Source: Octopus sinensis (lineage: Eukaryota). From it: a stretch of DNA of 64,000 nt. Under the pieces are notes generated by a model. The model was not told the origin of the DNA and did not search any database. It was given only the letters and a program-made list of their open reading frames with translations. The translations under genes and the position numbers were made by a program. Below are positions 12,749-26,049 of this stretch, piece by piece (the stretch's first letter is position 1; each line of letters begins with the position of its first letter). The stretch covers positions 56,544,001-56,608,000 of the forward strand of contig NC_043006.1 of NCBI RefSeq assembly GCF_006345805.1. Direction: 5' to 3'.

Positions 12749-13286
12749 CATATATACTATATTATATATGTCTGTCTGTCTGTCTGTCTGTCTGTGTATT
12801 GGTTCCCCCTGCCCTCACTTCACAACCGATGTTGGTGTGTCTTCGATTAACACCCTTTAAAGCAGTGTTCCCGCATGGCTGCATTCATATGACTAAAACA
12901 AATAAAAGAATAACAGAATAAAATAAAAATAAAAACTTAACATAGCAATATTTTTGGGAGATACATTTTCAGAAACAAAATTTAAGAAGATTAATTACGT
13001 GTTCTTTGGAAAATGGAATCTTAAATAATTATGCAAATAGAATGCAAAATATGTATAATATGTTACACACACAGAGACACTACATGCTTGAGTGGGTGGA
13101 TTCTCTATAAAAACAGAATCTTTTCGCTCCTTTCATGAGAGGCAGTGATTGGGCTTCGGTTACATCAGATTATGGAATTTTGCGTCTATGGAAATTGTAT
13201 AGTATGATCACTGGGTGTTTCATTCAACAGGGTGTCGTCTACACTTTAACCCTTACGGAAATTCGGATAATTTTTTAGCAATTTAT

Positions 13287-13652
13287 GCCTGTGTGGTAAG
13301 TAGTTGCTTACCAACCACATGGTTCCGAGTTCAGTTTGGGCACGTGTCTTCTACTATAGTCTTGGGCCCAGCAAAGCCTTGTGAGTGGATCTGGTAGACG
13401 GAAACTGAAAGAAGTTCGTCGTATATATGTATATATATTTATATATGTGTGCGTGTGTGTGTGTGTGTGTATGCGTGTGTGTGTGTGTTTGCGTGTCTGT
13501 GTTTGTCCCCCCAACATCGCTTGACAACCGATGCTGGTGTGTTTAAGTCCCCGTAACCTAGCGGTTCGGCAAAAGGAACCGATAGAATAAGTACTAGCCT
13601 TACAAAGAATAAGTGCTGGGTCGATTTTCTCGACTAAGGCGGTGCTCCAGCA
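13287..13652 (+). mobile_element. SINE family A
   Basis: Same head and tail as 618-1036. Confidence 0.85.
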
Positions 13653-13737
13653 TAGTATTTTAGCTAAGATTAAAGTATCGTTTATAACTTGAAAAACTAT
13701 GACAGAAGCATAAACCCTGCTAATGTGTGTATGTATG

Positions 13738-13815
<78 letters not shown>

Positions 13816-14338
13816 AGTGTGTGTTTGAATGTCTATATGCATCTCTTCTATCTTTTCTCTTGTCACAGAAAATATTTCTCCAGCGTTATCTATTTTACCC
13901 TCGTTCTGGTCTAACGACCCACCATATTTGTTTTCGTTTGGTTTCCCGTTTTTGTTCCCAACTTCGACCCTCCATAAATCCCAAATTTTATTTTGGTACT
14001 TATGGGAGCAACTGTCGTCGAAGAATCATATTGTTGTTCAATGCTTGAGATGAGGAGTAGATGGACAGCCGACAACTGATGAAGGGTCATTCTTTGTGTT
14101 ACTTGTCCTGTTTTACAGATGTTTCTCTCGTTGTTTGCGTATTGAACTCATTTGTTTTCGTATTTCATGTTTACTGTTGGTGACGTCCTGTAGCCGTATA
14201 TGCATATGTGTATGAATGTATATGAACCCTAATTATATAACGTAATGTCTTAAATATACCGTAAATGGTCTTTTTACATACTGAACACTACTTGGTAAAA
14301 TTAATTAATAATTAATTAGTTTTACTCTTTTATTATTG

Positions 14339-14389
<51 letters not shown>

Positions 14390-14583
14390 TATATATATAT
14401 AGGAGTGGCTGTGAGGTAAGTAGCTTGCTTACCAACCGCATGGTTCTGGGTTCAGTCCCACTGCGTGCCAACTTGGGCAAGTGTCTTCTACTATAGCCTC
14501 AGCCGACCAAAGCCTTGTGAGTGAATTTGGTAGGCGGAAACTGAAAGAAGCCCGTCGTTATATATATATATGTGTGTGTGTTT

Positions 14584-14664
<81 letters not shown>

Positions 14665-14911
14665 GTGTCTGTGTTTGTCCCCCCAACATCGCTTGACAAC
14701 CGATGCTGGTGTGTTTAAGTCCCCGTAACCTAGCGGTTCGGCAAAAGGAACCGATAGAATAAGTACTAGGCTTACAAAGAATAAGTGCTGGGGGTCGATT
14801 TTCTCGACTAAAGGCGGTGCTCCAGCATAGTATTTTAGCTAAGATTAAAGTATCGTTTATAACTTGAAAAACTATGACAGAAGCATAAACCTGCTATGTG
14901 TGTATGTATAG

Positions 14912-14982
<71 letters not shown>

Positions 14983-15504
14983 TATATATAAGTGTGTGTT
15001 TGAATGTCTATATGCATCTCTTCTATCTTTTCTCTTGTCACAGAAAATATTTCTCCAGCGTTATCTATTTTCCCTCGTTCTGGTCTAACGACCCACCATA
15101 TTTGTTTTCGTTTGGTTTCCCGTTTTTGTTCCCACTTCGACCCTCCATAAATCCAATTTTATTTTGGTACTTATGGGAGCAACTGTCGTCGAAGAATCAT
15201 ATTGTTGTTCAATGCTTGAGATGAGGAGTAGATGGACAGCCGACAACTGATGAGGGTCATTCTTTGTGTTACTTGTCCTGTTTTACAGATGTTTCTCTCG
15301 TTGTTTGCGTATTGAACTCATTTGTTTTCGTATTTCATGTTTACTGTGGTGACGTCCTGTAGCCGTATATGCATATGTGTATGAATGTATATGAACCCTA
15401 TTATATAACGTAATGTCTTAAATATACCGTAAATGGTCTTTTTACATACTGAACACTACTTGGTAAAATTAATTAATAATTAATTAGTTTTACTCTTTTA
15501 TTAT

Positions 15505-15575
<71 letters not shown>

Positions 15576-15800
15576 AGTGGCTGTGAGGTAAGTAGCTTGC
15601 TTACCACCGCATGGTTCTGGGTTCAGTCCACTGCGTGCCAACTTGGGCAAGTGTCTTCTACTATAGCCTCAGGCCGACCAAAGCCTTGTGAGTGAATTTG
15701 GTAGGCGGAAACTGAAAGAAGCCCGTCGTATATTATATATGATATGTTTGTGTGTTTGTGTAGTGTGTGGTGTGTGTGTGTGTGTGTGTGTGTGTTGTGT
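13450..15800 (+). repeat. Tandem duplication, unit ~1175 bp
   Basis: atagtattttagctaag at ~13652 and ~14828; ataggagtggctgtgagg at ~14399 and ~15571; the copies differ mostly by 1-bp indels. Confidence 0.9.
14401..14827 (+). mobile_element. SINE family A (chimeric, at the duplication junction)
   Basis: Head matches the 15573 copy, tail matches the 13287 copy. Confidence 0.85.
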
Positions 15801-16010
15801 GTGTGTTGTGTGTGTGTGTGTGTGGTGTGTGTTTGTATCCCAACATCGCTTGACAACCGATGCTGGTATGTTAACTTCCATGTAACTTAGAGGTTCGGCA
15901 AAACAGACCGATAGAATAAGTACTAGACTTACAATTAATAAGTCCTTGGGTTGATTTGTTCGACTAAAGGCGGTGCTCAAGCATGACCGCAGTCAAATGA
16001 CTGAAACAAA
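15573..16010 (+). mobile_element. SINE family A
   Basis: Same head and tail motifs. Confidence 0.85.
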
Positions 16011-16107
16011 ACAATAAATATATATATATATATAAATGTATGCACACAGGTTGATACACACCCATGATGATATCGGTCATCACCACCACTACTACCTCTC
16101 ATCAGTG

Positions 16108-16161
<54 letters not shown>

Positions 16162-16786
16162 TAGTAGTAGTAGTAGTAGTAGTTATTGTGTTAGTGATCG
16201 ATGACACGACAGCATTTTGTGATTGTGAAGGTGGCGTTTGCATTAGTGAAGTTTATGTTCTAGTGATGGTGGGTGTAGCGGTGGCGGTGGAGACAACTTA
16301 TGCGGTTACGATGACAGCGGCGGTGGTGGTTGTGGTGATCTCCATTGCAGTAGAGATGGGAATAGAAGAACTGTTTGCAATCATTATAAAATGGTTTGTG
16401 AGTAGAAATGATCGAATAGACGCTGACAAATAATCATATTCCTAAGCTTGAACCGAAACTCCGATATGCTTGAAATCTGAAACTTTGAACGTGCTCTGCA
16501 GTAATGTGACGGAGACGATTTTTGGCCAAATAAAGTAAACATGGACTGGTACATTGGCTAGTTTTCATTACATCCCTGTTTGGTTTCCGCTTATTTTTTT
16601 GTTATTGTTATTGTAAGAGTAGGAGGCTATGATTGTTACTGGGGCGAGACAATAGCATCTATCATTGAATTCATTTTAATGTTTTATGGTAATTATAAGA
16701 TCGAAGCGTTTAGTAATGAGAGAGTCAAACGAACTATAAACCTACGCATCAGCAAAACAAGCAAATACACATGTAGTTCTATATTT

Positions 16787-16849
16787 AGCGTAGTGGTTTA
16801 GAGCACGGGCTACTAACCCCATGATTCCGAGATCGATTCCAGGCAGTAA

Positions 16850-16916
<67 letters not shown>

Positions 16917-16930
16917 TGATAAAAAATAAT

Positions 16931-16994
<64 letters not shown>

Positions 16995-17560
16995 CCCTTA
17001 GTGGCTGACGATATGTGCATCTCTGATCACGAGTAGAAGTAGTGGGGGAGCATCATAGCCATGTGTTGAGAGGGATTCTTTGGGGTTTGAATGATTCACC
17101 TCTGGAAACATGGGTGTTTCATTCAACATCCTTAAACAACCCTTAATCAGGGACCTTTTGAGTGGGATGGGTTACCCAACCAGAAGAAAATTCTAACTGG
17201 GCCCCACCCGCAAGGTCATGCGCTGTTTATCTTGTTATGAGATCACCATGTCGCGCACATATGGTTGTGATGCATGTGCATGGCGTACCTTTATCAGACG
17301 GGTAGTCATGATGGGTATACTAGGCTTCGTATATTTGTACCCCAGTGTCACTTTGATGGCATGAACTGCTCTCTCACTCAATAATAATAATAATAATAAT
17401 AACATCGAAAAATACCCTGAGAATGAGAACCCAGGTTCGAAATTTCCCCAAGACACCTGATGAAGGCTGGAGAGTATATCAGCCGAAACGTTGTGTTAAC
17501 AACAAACAAGATGAAGACAAATATCAGTCAAATGTAAATAATGTAACTAATGTAAATACA
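16787..17560 (+). mobile_element. Composite repeat: tRNA-like head + (AAT)n + body + (AAT)n + hammerhead-bearing pLTR-like end
   Basis: A-box-like tagtggtttag and B-box-like gatcgattcc at 16787-16853; the 3' end gttgtgttaacaacaaacaagatga recurs at ~21810. Confidence 0.6.
17452..17497 (+). ncRNA. Minimal type I hammerhead ribozyme, canonical core
   Basis: GACAC-CUGAUGA-a-GGCUG(gagaguauau)CAGCC-GAAAC-GUU-GUGUU; palindromic minimal stem III. Confidence 0.78.
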
Positions 17561-18299
17561 CATATAAATTGCTCATTCATTCACATCAGTAATGCGTATA
17601 GACGTTGTTTGCAACGATACTCAACATATCGTACAATTATTTTTATTCTGTTCAATTGGTTTTGGGAGTGTTTGTCCTAGGCAAAAAGGAAATCAAAAAG
17701 GAACATGGTAATACAGGAAGTGAAAGATATGAAGAAGTCAAGAGAGTCCAACGAGTCCAGAATGGTCAACAAGAATAGCATTTGCCACTCTGTTCTTGAA
17801 AAGGGATGCCTAACTTACTTTAAAATTTTCATCTGAACATTTTGGTGGTTGCACACCTATGACATCGAGCGCATATTACTTATGAATATGGTTATTACGT
17901 AAATCATGATCATCTTGAGACAGCTGTCGTGATAAGACTTTAAATAATTTTTTTGCTTTATTGTATACTCTGTATTTTGTTTTTCACATAAATACAAGTC
18001 TGAAACTTAACTGTGTAAATCTAACTTGCTACAACCATATCAACTCAATAAGGTTTGTTCTTATAGCTAACTTTCGATAACGAGGCCCTGGCCTTGATGA
18101 AGTTGCAGTTTAAGTTCACGTCAATTTGAGTACTACGTTATATTATCTATACTGGGCTTATTTTGCTTTCATCCCTACTCTTTCTGTTATCATATATATA
18201 TTATATATATATATATATAATATATATATATATATTATATATATATATATATATTATCTATACTGGGCTTATTTTGCTTTCATCTCTACTCTTTCTGTT

Positions 18300-18330
<31 letters not shown>

Positions 18331-18334
<4 letters not shown>

Positions 18335-18530
18335 AGAATTCACAAAAGAAACAAAAGACGAAGACATGTTGTGTAGACTACAAACAGATGCATTAGTATA
18401 ACGCTCGGGAAGTCTTTAACGTTTCGAGCCTACGCTCTTCCACAGAAAGGAACACAGAAAGAAACAAGGAGAGAAAATAATGTGTAGTGGCTAGAGAGAG
18501 AAACGAAGAGCTTCTCTATGAAAATAATAT
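18331..18530 (-). mobile_element. PLE pLTR-like repeat (same family as 9500 and 47662)
   Basis: gggagaattcacaaaagaaacaaaagacgaagac...gtttcgagcctacgctcttcc. Confidence 0.75.
18414..18449 (-). ncRNA. Minimal hammerhead motif, variant core CUGUGGA
   Basis: CUUU-CUGUGGA-a-GAGC(guag)GCUC-GAAAC-GUU-AAAG. Confidence 0.55.
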
Positions 18531-18768
18531 ACAGACCCACACACACATACATGCATACATAACGACGTGCATGATTGTGCATCTCTGTTGTTCGAAAAGT
18601 AAGTGGACGGGCATTCCATAGACACATATACACATATATGTTAGTTGTATATAATGCTGTAAATATTTGTGAGTGCACTTATGTATGCAGATAGTGAAAT
18701 GGGAAATCGACAAGTAGAAAAATTAAGCAGATAAACAAAGAAATAGAGATAGATAGATAGATAGATAT

Positions 18769-18869
<101 letters not shown>

Positions 18870-20733
18870 GAAAAGAAAGAGAGAGAGGAGTAGAAGGAAG
18901 GGAAAGAGTATAAATGTACAATAAATATACAAATTAATATACGCCTATGCAAAAAATTAGATTGGGCAAAAGCATATACTTTCCAAAGATATTCTAAATA
19001 CAAAACGATATATACATCAAATGTTGAAAACTATAGAATCGGTGAATGAGAAAACTATGGATATTTAGCTAACAATAAAGAGATATTTTCAATGATACAG
19101 AAGTTATATTATAAGGGACATATCAATGATCAAAAAAATTCTGGCACAGAAATTTATATTATGTTTTTTTAATGTCGAATTAGAGGCTGATAAATAATAG
19201 AAATACATTTAGAATTGAGGAAATGCCATAAGGTTATATACACTTGGAAAGCAGCATATTTATCTCTGTGTGTATTTGTGTGTATGTGTGTGTTGCCTTT
19301 TGTCCGAGGATACATCGTATTTATATACGTGTATGTATATGTGTGTGTACATTTGTACTTGTGCAGATATTTGTGTATGTGTTTGAGAGGTATATTTACG
19401 AACACAGACACATACTCACACACACACAGACACCCATACATTTATGTAGAGTTAGAGAAAGTGAGTATGAGAGAGTGGTAAATATACATATATGTAAATA
19501 GAGAGGGGGGAAAGGAATAGAATATTAATCGAGGGAGAGAGAGAGAGAGAGAGAGAAAATAATAGTAAAATAAGTTTTTTTAAATAGTTATATGCATATT
19601 TGTGTGCTAATGTTTGTGTGCATATCTATGTTGATAAATGGCTATGTAGGCGTGCATATGCGCGAGTTTGGTATGTGGTGTCTTGACTGCGAGCGGATGA
19701 AACCTGGTTGCGGAAGGTTAGGGAAGAATGAATGAATGAACGGTAGTATGATCTTCCTAAGAGTGAACATTACTGGCTGCGGTGGGAAGTAAGTCACTGA
19801 TGTACAGAAGGAATTGTGTGAGGGACAAAATCATAAAAGCAATCATAGAAACCGCGAAGGTATCTTCCAATGGCGATATACTAGCCTTGTGCTTTTTCTT
19901 TCCATAGCAAGGAATATCGAACGCTATTCATAACAAGAAAATACCATCGCACAAGTCATACAATGCTTAATCAGGAGCAGTGTTCAATCAGAGCTCTCAT
20001 GATTATTCTCAAATGTTAAGCCTCACCCTCGCCAAGGATTTCTGCTAACAAAAAGCACTATTTCACTTCATCTCAATGACTGAGTCTTGTCTTCAGGACC
20101 AGAAATTACTCCAGTAACTAGCAATTATTCACACACTTCAAAACCTAGGCGGAGCATACTAATTGAATATTATTCTCAGATCTAGGGCCTCGCTATCATT
20201 GCACAGTCATATATCCTGTTTCACATCTAGGAAAAGGACAATCCGATTGATATGCATAAAGTTACTCATAGAAATTTTAACCGTGAGACACGTGCAGTAT
20301 CTTTTCCCTAGCGCCTTTTCTACTGAAACTATAACTTCTGACAATTCTCTCTCCTACTCCTCCTTCTCCTCCTCTTCTCATCTTTGATGTGTAATACTGC
20401 AGTATCCGATCTGCCGAACTTCGGAGAACATCTACGTATTGGAGTCCCTTCACCCTCTGCTCATATCTTTCCTATGAATTTTAACTTACAAAGATCCGCG
20501 ATTAGTCGGGGGAACGATGAGGTCAAGAGGCAATGATTTTTTCTAGAGACCCAGCAAGTAAAAAAGACGTGAGTGTGTGAGTGTATGGCGGTCATCCATC
20601 TTCTCTCTCTCTCTCTCTCTCTGTATATATATATATATATATATATATACGAGGGGGGAGATAGATAGATAGATAGATAGATAAAGTGTACATATGTGTA
20701 CTTGTACATGCATATATATGCAGTCTGGTCAGT

Positions 20734-21054
20734 GAAGGCGCGTGGCTTACTGGTGAGGTATTCGGCTCAAGATTGTACGGTCGTAAGTTCAATTCCCGGC
20801 GATGCGTTGTGTCCTTAAGCAAGACACTTTATTTCACGCTGCTTCAGTCCATTCGGCTGGGAAAAAATGAGTAGTTCCTGTATTTCAAAAGGCTAGCCTT
20901 GACACACTCTCGGTCACGCTGATTCTCCCTGAGAACTACGTTAAGGGTACACGTGTCTGTGGAGTGCTCAGCCACTTGCACGTTAATTTCACGAGCAGGC
21001 TGTTTTGTTGATAAGATCAACTGGAACCCTCGTCGTCATACCCGATGAAGTGCC
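20734..21054 (+). mobile_element. tRNA-derived SINE, family D
   Basis: gaaggcgcgtggctt...aagttcaattcccggc...gtgtccttaagcaagacactttatttcac; reverse copy at 27372-27515, tail fragment at ~54187. Confidence 0.8.
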
Positions 21055-21363
21055 AGTAAGAGTAAGACAGTCGTAGCTAAACGTTTTGAACATATGTCTG
21101 AAAATCAGAAATTTTATACTAAATGCCCAAAGTTCTATTTAATTTGTAATATATTATTAGTTGGCCAAAATTTTGGAACGTAGTTTTGAAAATTAGAATC
21201 GAACCACTGGATCGATCAGTTATCAGATAAGTATATCTCTATGTTGTATATATTTGAAGTATGGAATATATTTAAACTTTAAAAAAAAATTTCTGGGCTT
21301 TTGGCTACGTGTGTTTATACGAATGATCAGATAAACTGAGACAGCCGAATATTTTGATAAATA

Positions 21364-21790
21364 TTAAGTCATCCCATAAATAATACGGTTTTTTCAATTG
21401 CATGAACTAAAAGTCGGAAGGGCACGGGATAAACTACCTGCATCAACTTGCTATAAAAGCAGTTAATAATTTTTCCTTGTACTTATTCATAGTGCTAGTT
21501 TTTGAAGAGTGTAATTCGATTTTAACAGATATTTTTTCAAAGCTGTAGTGGAAGTGACAAAGGAACATATTCGGCATATTTTGAGTTATGGGTTCAACAA
21601 CGCTACGGAAAGTGCGTGGAATATTAATGCAGTACGTGGGGATCGGACAATAAACGTAAGCCAGTGGTTCCGGAGATTCTGAGCCGGAAAATATAGCCTA
21701 GAAGACGAGCCTCGTCCTGGAAGATGTGTAGAGTTTGACCAGGACGTCATACAAACCCTGGTGGAACAAAATCCCATCGTAATTGTTGAC
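21364..21790 (+). mobile_element. Mariner 5' fragment (TIR + N-terminal HTH)
   Basis: TIR-like ttaagtcatcccataaataa; EVTKEHIRHIL...QWFRRF...SLEDEPRPGR. Confidence 0.85.
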
Positions 21791-22244
21791 GTTATTGTTG
21801 GCATTAGCGTTGTGTTAACAACAAACAAGATGAGGACAAATATCCGTCAACAATAAATAATCTAAATAGTGTAAATAATGTAAAGCGATAAATAGGGGGG
21901 GTTAGAGGTGTTTTTCTCTAAAAACTGCAGTTTTCAACCGATTATCTCCCTTTTCTCATTCTCTGTTTCTCTTGCTTACATATATTCTCTCTCGCACTGT
22001 ATAATAGTTCCTCTCTTTTAGTCCGTCTTTTTTTCTTCCTTCTTTCACCCCCTTTCTTTCCTTCTTTTGTTTTCTTTCTTTCTCCCTCTCTCTTTTTTCC
22101 TCTATATTGTCTTTTATACATCCAACCACGAGATTTTACATACCAACTCTCTCTCTCTCACACACACACACACGCACACACACACACACACATATATATA
22201 TATACATATATATATACACACACACACATATATATATATATATT

Positions 22245-23990
22245 AGGGAGTAAATCCAAACTTACAGGGAACGATTAGATTTAGGATTAAATCTAATTTT
22301 ATAGTATAAATATATATTATATTAAATTAGAGATAAAACCACTATTAGGCAAATCAAACAGTGAAAATCATAAGCCAATACATAGAAATAAAATTAATTA
22401 AAAAATATAAAATATAGAAATATAAAATTCCAAATTAAAATATATAAATTAAAGTTAAAATTTAGAAATTATTTAAATAATTTTAACTTATAAATTTTAA
22501 ATATATATATATATTTTTATTATTTTATTTTATTTTATTTTATTTATTTATTTTTATAAATTATATAACTATCAAAAAGTATTAAAAGTTTAATATAAGA
22601 TAATGAGTAAAAACACTACGATCGTTTCATGCCCGTAACCAATTCGAATAACAATAATTTAAATTCAATTAATAATTCGAATTATGGTTACAATCAATCT
22701 TCAGGTTAATTGTAATATTTTAATAAATAATCAGAAATATTTAAATAATATTTTTAAGAAATAAATAATATAATAATTTTACTTATAAAAAACTCTATTA
22801 TCAAACTATAAACTTAACGATTATGATTATATCAAAACATCGATTATAATGTTAAATATTAATTTTAATTTTTAAGTATTAATTTTTCAGGTAAGAAACC
22901 CACCAATAATCTAATATCAGTAATAGTCAATATCTAATTACATAAATATTTTACAAAAAACTATTATATTATTAAAAATATAAAATGTAAATAATATATA
23001 AATTATCAATGAAAATATATAAATGTATATAAATATTATAATTAACATCTAAAATAATCTCAATAAATAAATATATAAGCACATATAATAAAGACCTATT
23101 AATTAATTTTTCATATTTAAAGATGAAATAGCTAATTTCAAAAATACAAACAAACAATCTTAAACGAACGCTATAGCATATTAACTATCTTTATATCTCG
23201 TTGGCTAAATAATAACTTTCAGAAATCTTATATTTAAAATACTTAAAGAAATAATCAATTCATAGTTATATAGTATCAAATAAATACTATAAATATATTT
23301 ATCAATGGGAATAATAAAACTAGCAAATATCAATTTTAAAAAAAACCTCGCTAAACTAAGTATATATTTATATTTAAGATCTTTAAATTTTAATATTTTA
23401 TAAGTATTATGGTGTAATATTGTTTTTTATGTAAATATCGTTGTTTATGTAATGATCTAATTATCGTAATTTTCTATATAATTATTAGATATTAACTTTA
23501 AGTTGATTCGTAAGAATTTACTTAGCGATAGATATGTTGTTTGATAGCAAGTATACGAGTTGTTTAAAGTTATGTTTATGTATATACATGTATTAATAGC
23601 ATTAATTGTAGTTTTAAATTTCTTATAATTATAATTTTAACTTATATATTGTCTTTTTATATTGATATTTGCTAGTTTTATTATTCCCATTGATAAATAT
23701 ATTTATAGTATTTATTTGATACTATATAACTACGAATTGATTATTTCTTTAAGTATTTTAAATATAAGATTTCTGAAAGTTATTTAGCCAACGAGATATA
23801 AAGATAGTTAATATGCTATAGCGTTCGTTTAAGATTGTTTGTTTGTATTTTTGAAATTAGCTATTTCATCTTTAAATATGAAAAATTAATTAATAGGTCT
23901 TTATTATATGTGCTTATATATTTATTTATTGAGATTATTTTAGATGTTAATTATAATATTTATATTATAAGTAAACATATATACATAATT
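22245..23990. repeat. Extremely AT-rich element with internal ~305-bp inverted repeat
   Basis: Arms ~23027-23334 and ~23661-23965 are near-identical reverse complements with a ~326-bp spacer; hammerhead remnant at 22611-22710. Confidence 0.85.
22611..22710 (-). ncRNA. Hammerhead remnant with long stem II
   Basis: CUGAAGA, long stem (UGUAACC/GGUUACG, AAUUCGAAU/AUUCGAAUU), GAAAC-GAUC-GUA; stem I decayed to ~2 bp. Confidence 0.5.
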
Positions 23991-24431
23991 TGTTATATGT
24001 ACATTGAAATATATAACAAAAAAAATGCATTTTACTTGTTCTCAATAGACCATAAGTAAATATCTCTTTCTTATAGAAACGCAAAGGCCTGAAATTTTAT
24101 GGAAAGAAACAATCGCTTACATCAACCATAGTTTATTTTATTGATCCCAAGAAGAGGAACAAAAGGGTAAAAAAAGGATTAAGCGAAGTAGGATTTGAAC
24201 TCAGAATAAAACAAACGGGAACAAAAACAGCAACCTTCTAACGATTCAACAAATGCACTGCCCTGGTATAATTGAATGTTATGTTTTAATTAAAGAATCT
24301 CGTCTCTGATTTTATATTGGATTCTCTAGATTAAAATAATTTAGTTTTATTTAGAAATGAATTGTAAATTTTAAGTTCTCTTTAATTTTTCTTTTTTAAT
24401 TCTCTTATTGTCAGCTATTTTATTTTTCCAG

Positions 24432-24522
24432 CTAATTCCGATGTCAAATATTGCAACGAATTTAAGAAAAGAACCTCTCGATCCTGCTTCAACTTGTCTT
24501 CAATAAACAATTTTTATCTCTG
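24432..24522 (+). CDS. Candidate exon, phase 1-2 (NSDVKYCNEFKKRTSRSCFNLSSINNFYL)
   Basis: Strong acceptor tttatttttccag|, donor TG|gtaggg, only one open frame. Confidence 0.2.
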
Positions 24523-24765
24523 GTAGGGATTCAGAAAAGTATTTTAATTTACTGTTATAATTTAATTAAATGCTTCACCCGATACGCATTGATCATTAAG
24601 CACATCGGCCATTCCTGTAGCGTACCAGTATTTGTTTTTTGTTTTCTTTTTTTTTTTAGTAGAGGTTGTTTAATAGTTCTTTATTTCTAGAGAAAAGAAG
24701 ATTCTGAGTGGCCCACCAACAACCTTCTCATAGCGCATCCAATTCAGAGAAAAGGAGAGATAGAG

Positions 24766-24808
<43 letters not shown>

Positions 24809-25169
24809 GGAGAGAGACGGAGAAAAGAGAAAGGTAGAAATAGAGAGGGAGAGAAAGACAGAAGCAAAGTAATGAAAGAATCGAAACCAGTATTTCCAAG
24901 GTACTTTATTTATCGACCCTGTAAAGGATGAAGGCAAATTGAGCTCCGTGGGATTTGAACACATTCATTGAAATGCTCCATTTTCACTGTACGTACATTT
25001 TTGTTGAAAATTGAAAACTAACCTGAAATTTTTTATCAAATCACATAATAGTATATTTTAATTACAGACATGCACACGCACACAGACACACTCACAAGCA
25101 CACAAACACACATACATACATATATACATACATATAAATAGTGTGTGTGCGTGCGTGTGTGTGTGTGCC

Positions 25170-25232
<63 letters not shown>

Positions 25233-25488
25233 GTGCATGTGTGCGTGTGTGTGTGTGTAAATACACTTGTTTGTTTTTAGATTGACCCTAACTTTGGTAG
25301 ATTTACCTCAAATTTTCTGCCCGATCCGGTGACAGAAATTAAAACGTGGCCGCCAGTCCATTGAATGGCATTATACCTTCTTCCGGATCCTAACATGCTC
25401 AAGATCCAACGATCGGCAGTGAGAGTTATATATAAAACTTTGCGGGTGATGATAAGGGCGTTAGTCTTTTTTGATTTTTCTGGAATGC

Positions 25489-25578
25489 AGTTGTAACAAT
25501 CGGCTTAGAAAAGCCATTAGTTGTATATTCGGCTTAGAAAAGCCATTAGTTGTACATTCGGCTTAGAAAAGCCATTAG
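25489..25578. repeat. 29-bp tandem repeat, ~3 copies
   Basis: tcggcttagaaaagccattagttgta at 25500, 25529, 25558. Confidence 0.9.
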
Positions 25579-26049
25579 CAAGAAGTGACTGAACAAGGTG
25601 CAGGGCTAAATGAACAACCAAAAAAACAGATTGTTTCCGATACATTCACACAGTATTCTGAACGCAATTTCGCTCAAGAGTCTTCGATAAATTTGAGAGT
25701 AATGGTTTGCACGAAAACATTACAGTTAACATCGGGGGAGTACAGTTTGATCGCTGATAAATTGCTTTCATATCATAAACGACCAACATTAATATATCCA
25801 CATATTTCAGCATGATATATAAAACAGTTTACTTTAACGTGATAAATACTACAGCTTATCTCCATGTATCACTTTATCACTTTCTTCTCCACACACTTAG
25901 CGACCACTGTTCTATCCTACATTTTTGATCAATCCTACACTCCCCTTCAGATCGCATATTTTATATACTTTCTCCCAAAATGAAACCGACATAAACACCT
26001 CATAATTACTCAACTTTGAATGAATTACTAGTTATGCTTAATAAAATAT

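Noticed and set aside
16787-16853. Functional tRNA gene (also the SINE heads at 618, 4968, 20734, 31180)
   Set aside because: No complete cloverleaf or acceptor stem; these are multi-copy SINE heads
22245-23990. Mitochondrial control-region NUMT
   Set aside because: No flanking mt-tRNA, rRNA or CDS recognised, and it contains a hammerhead remnant; not formally excluded without BLAST
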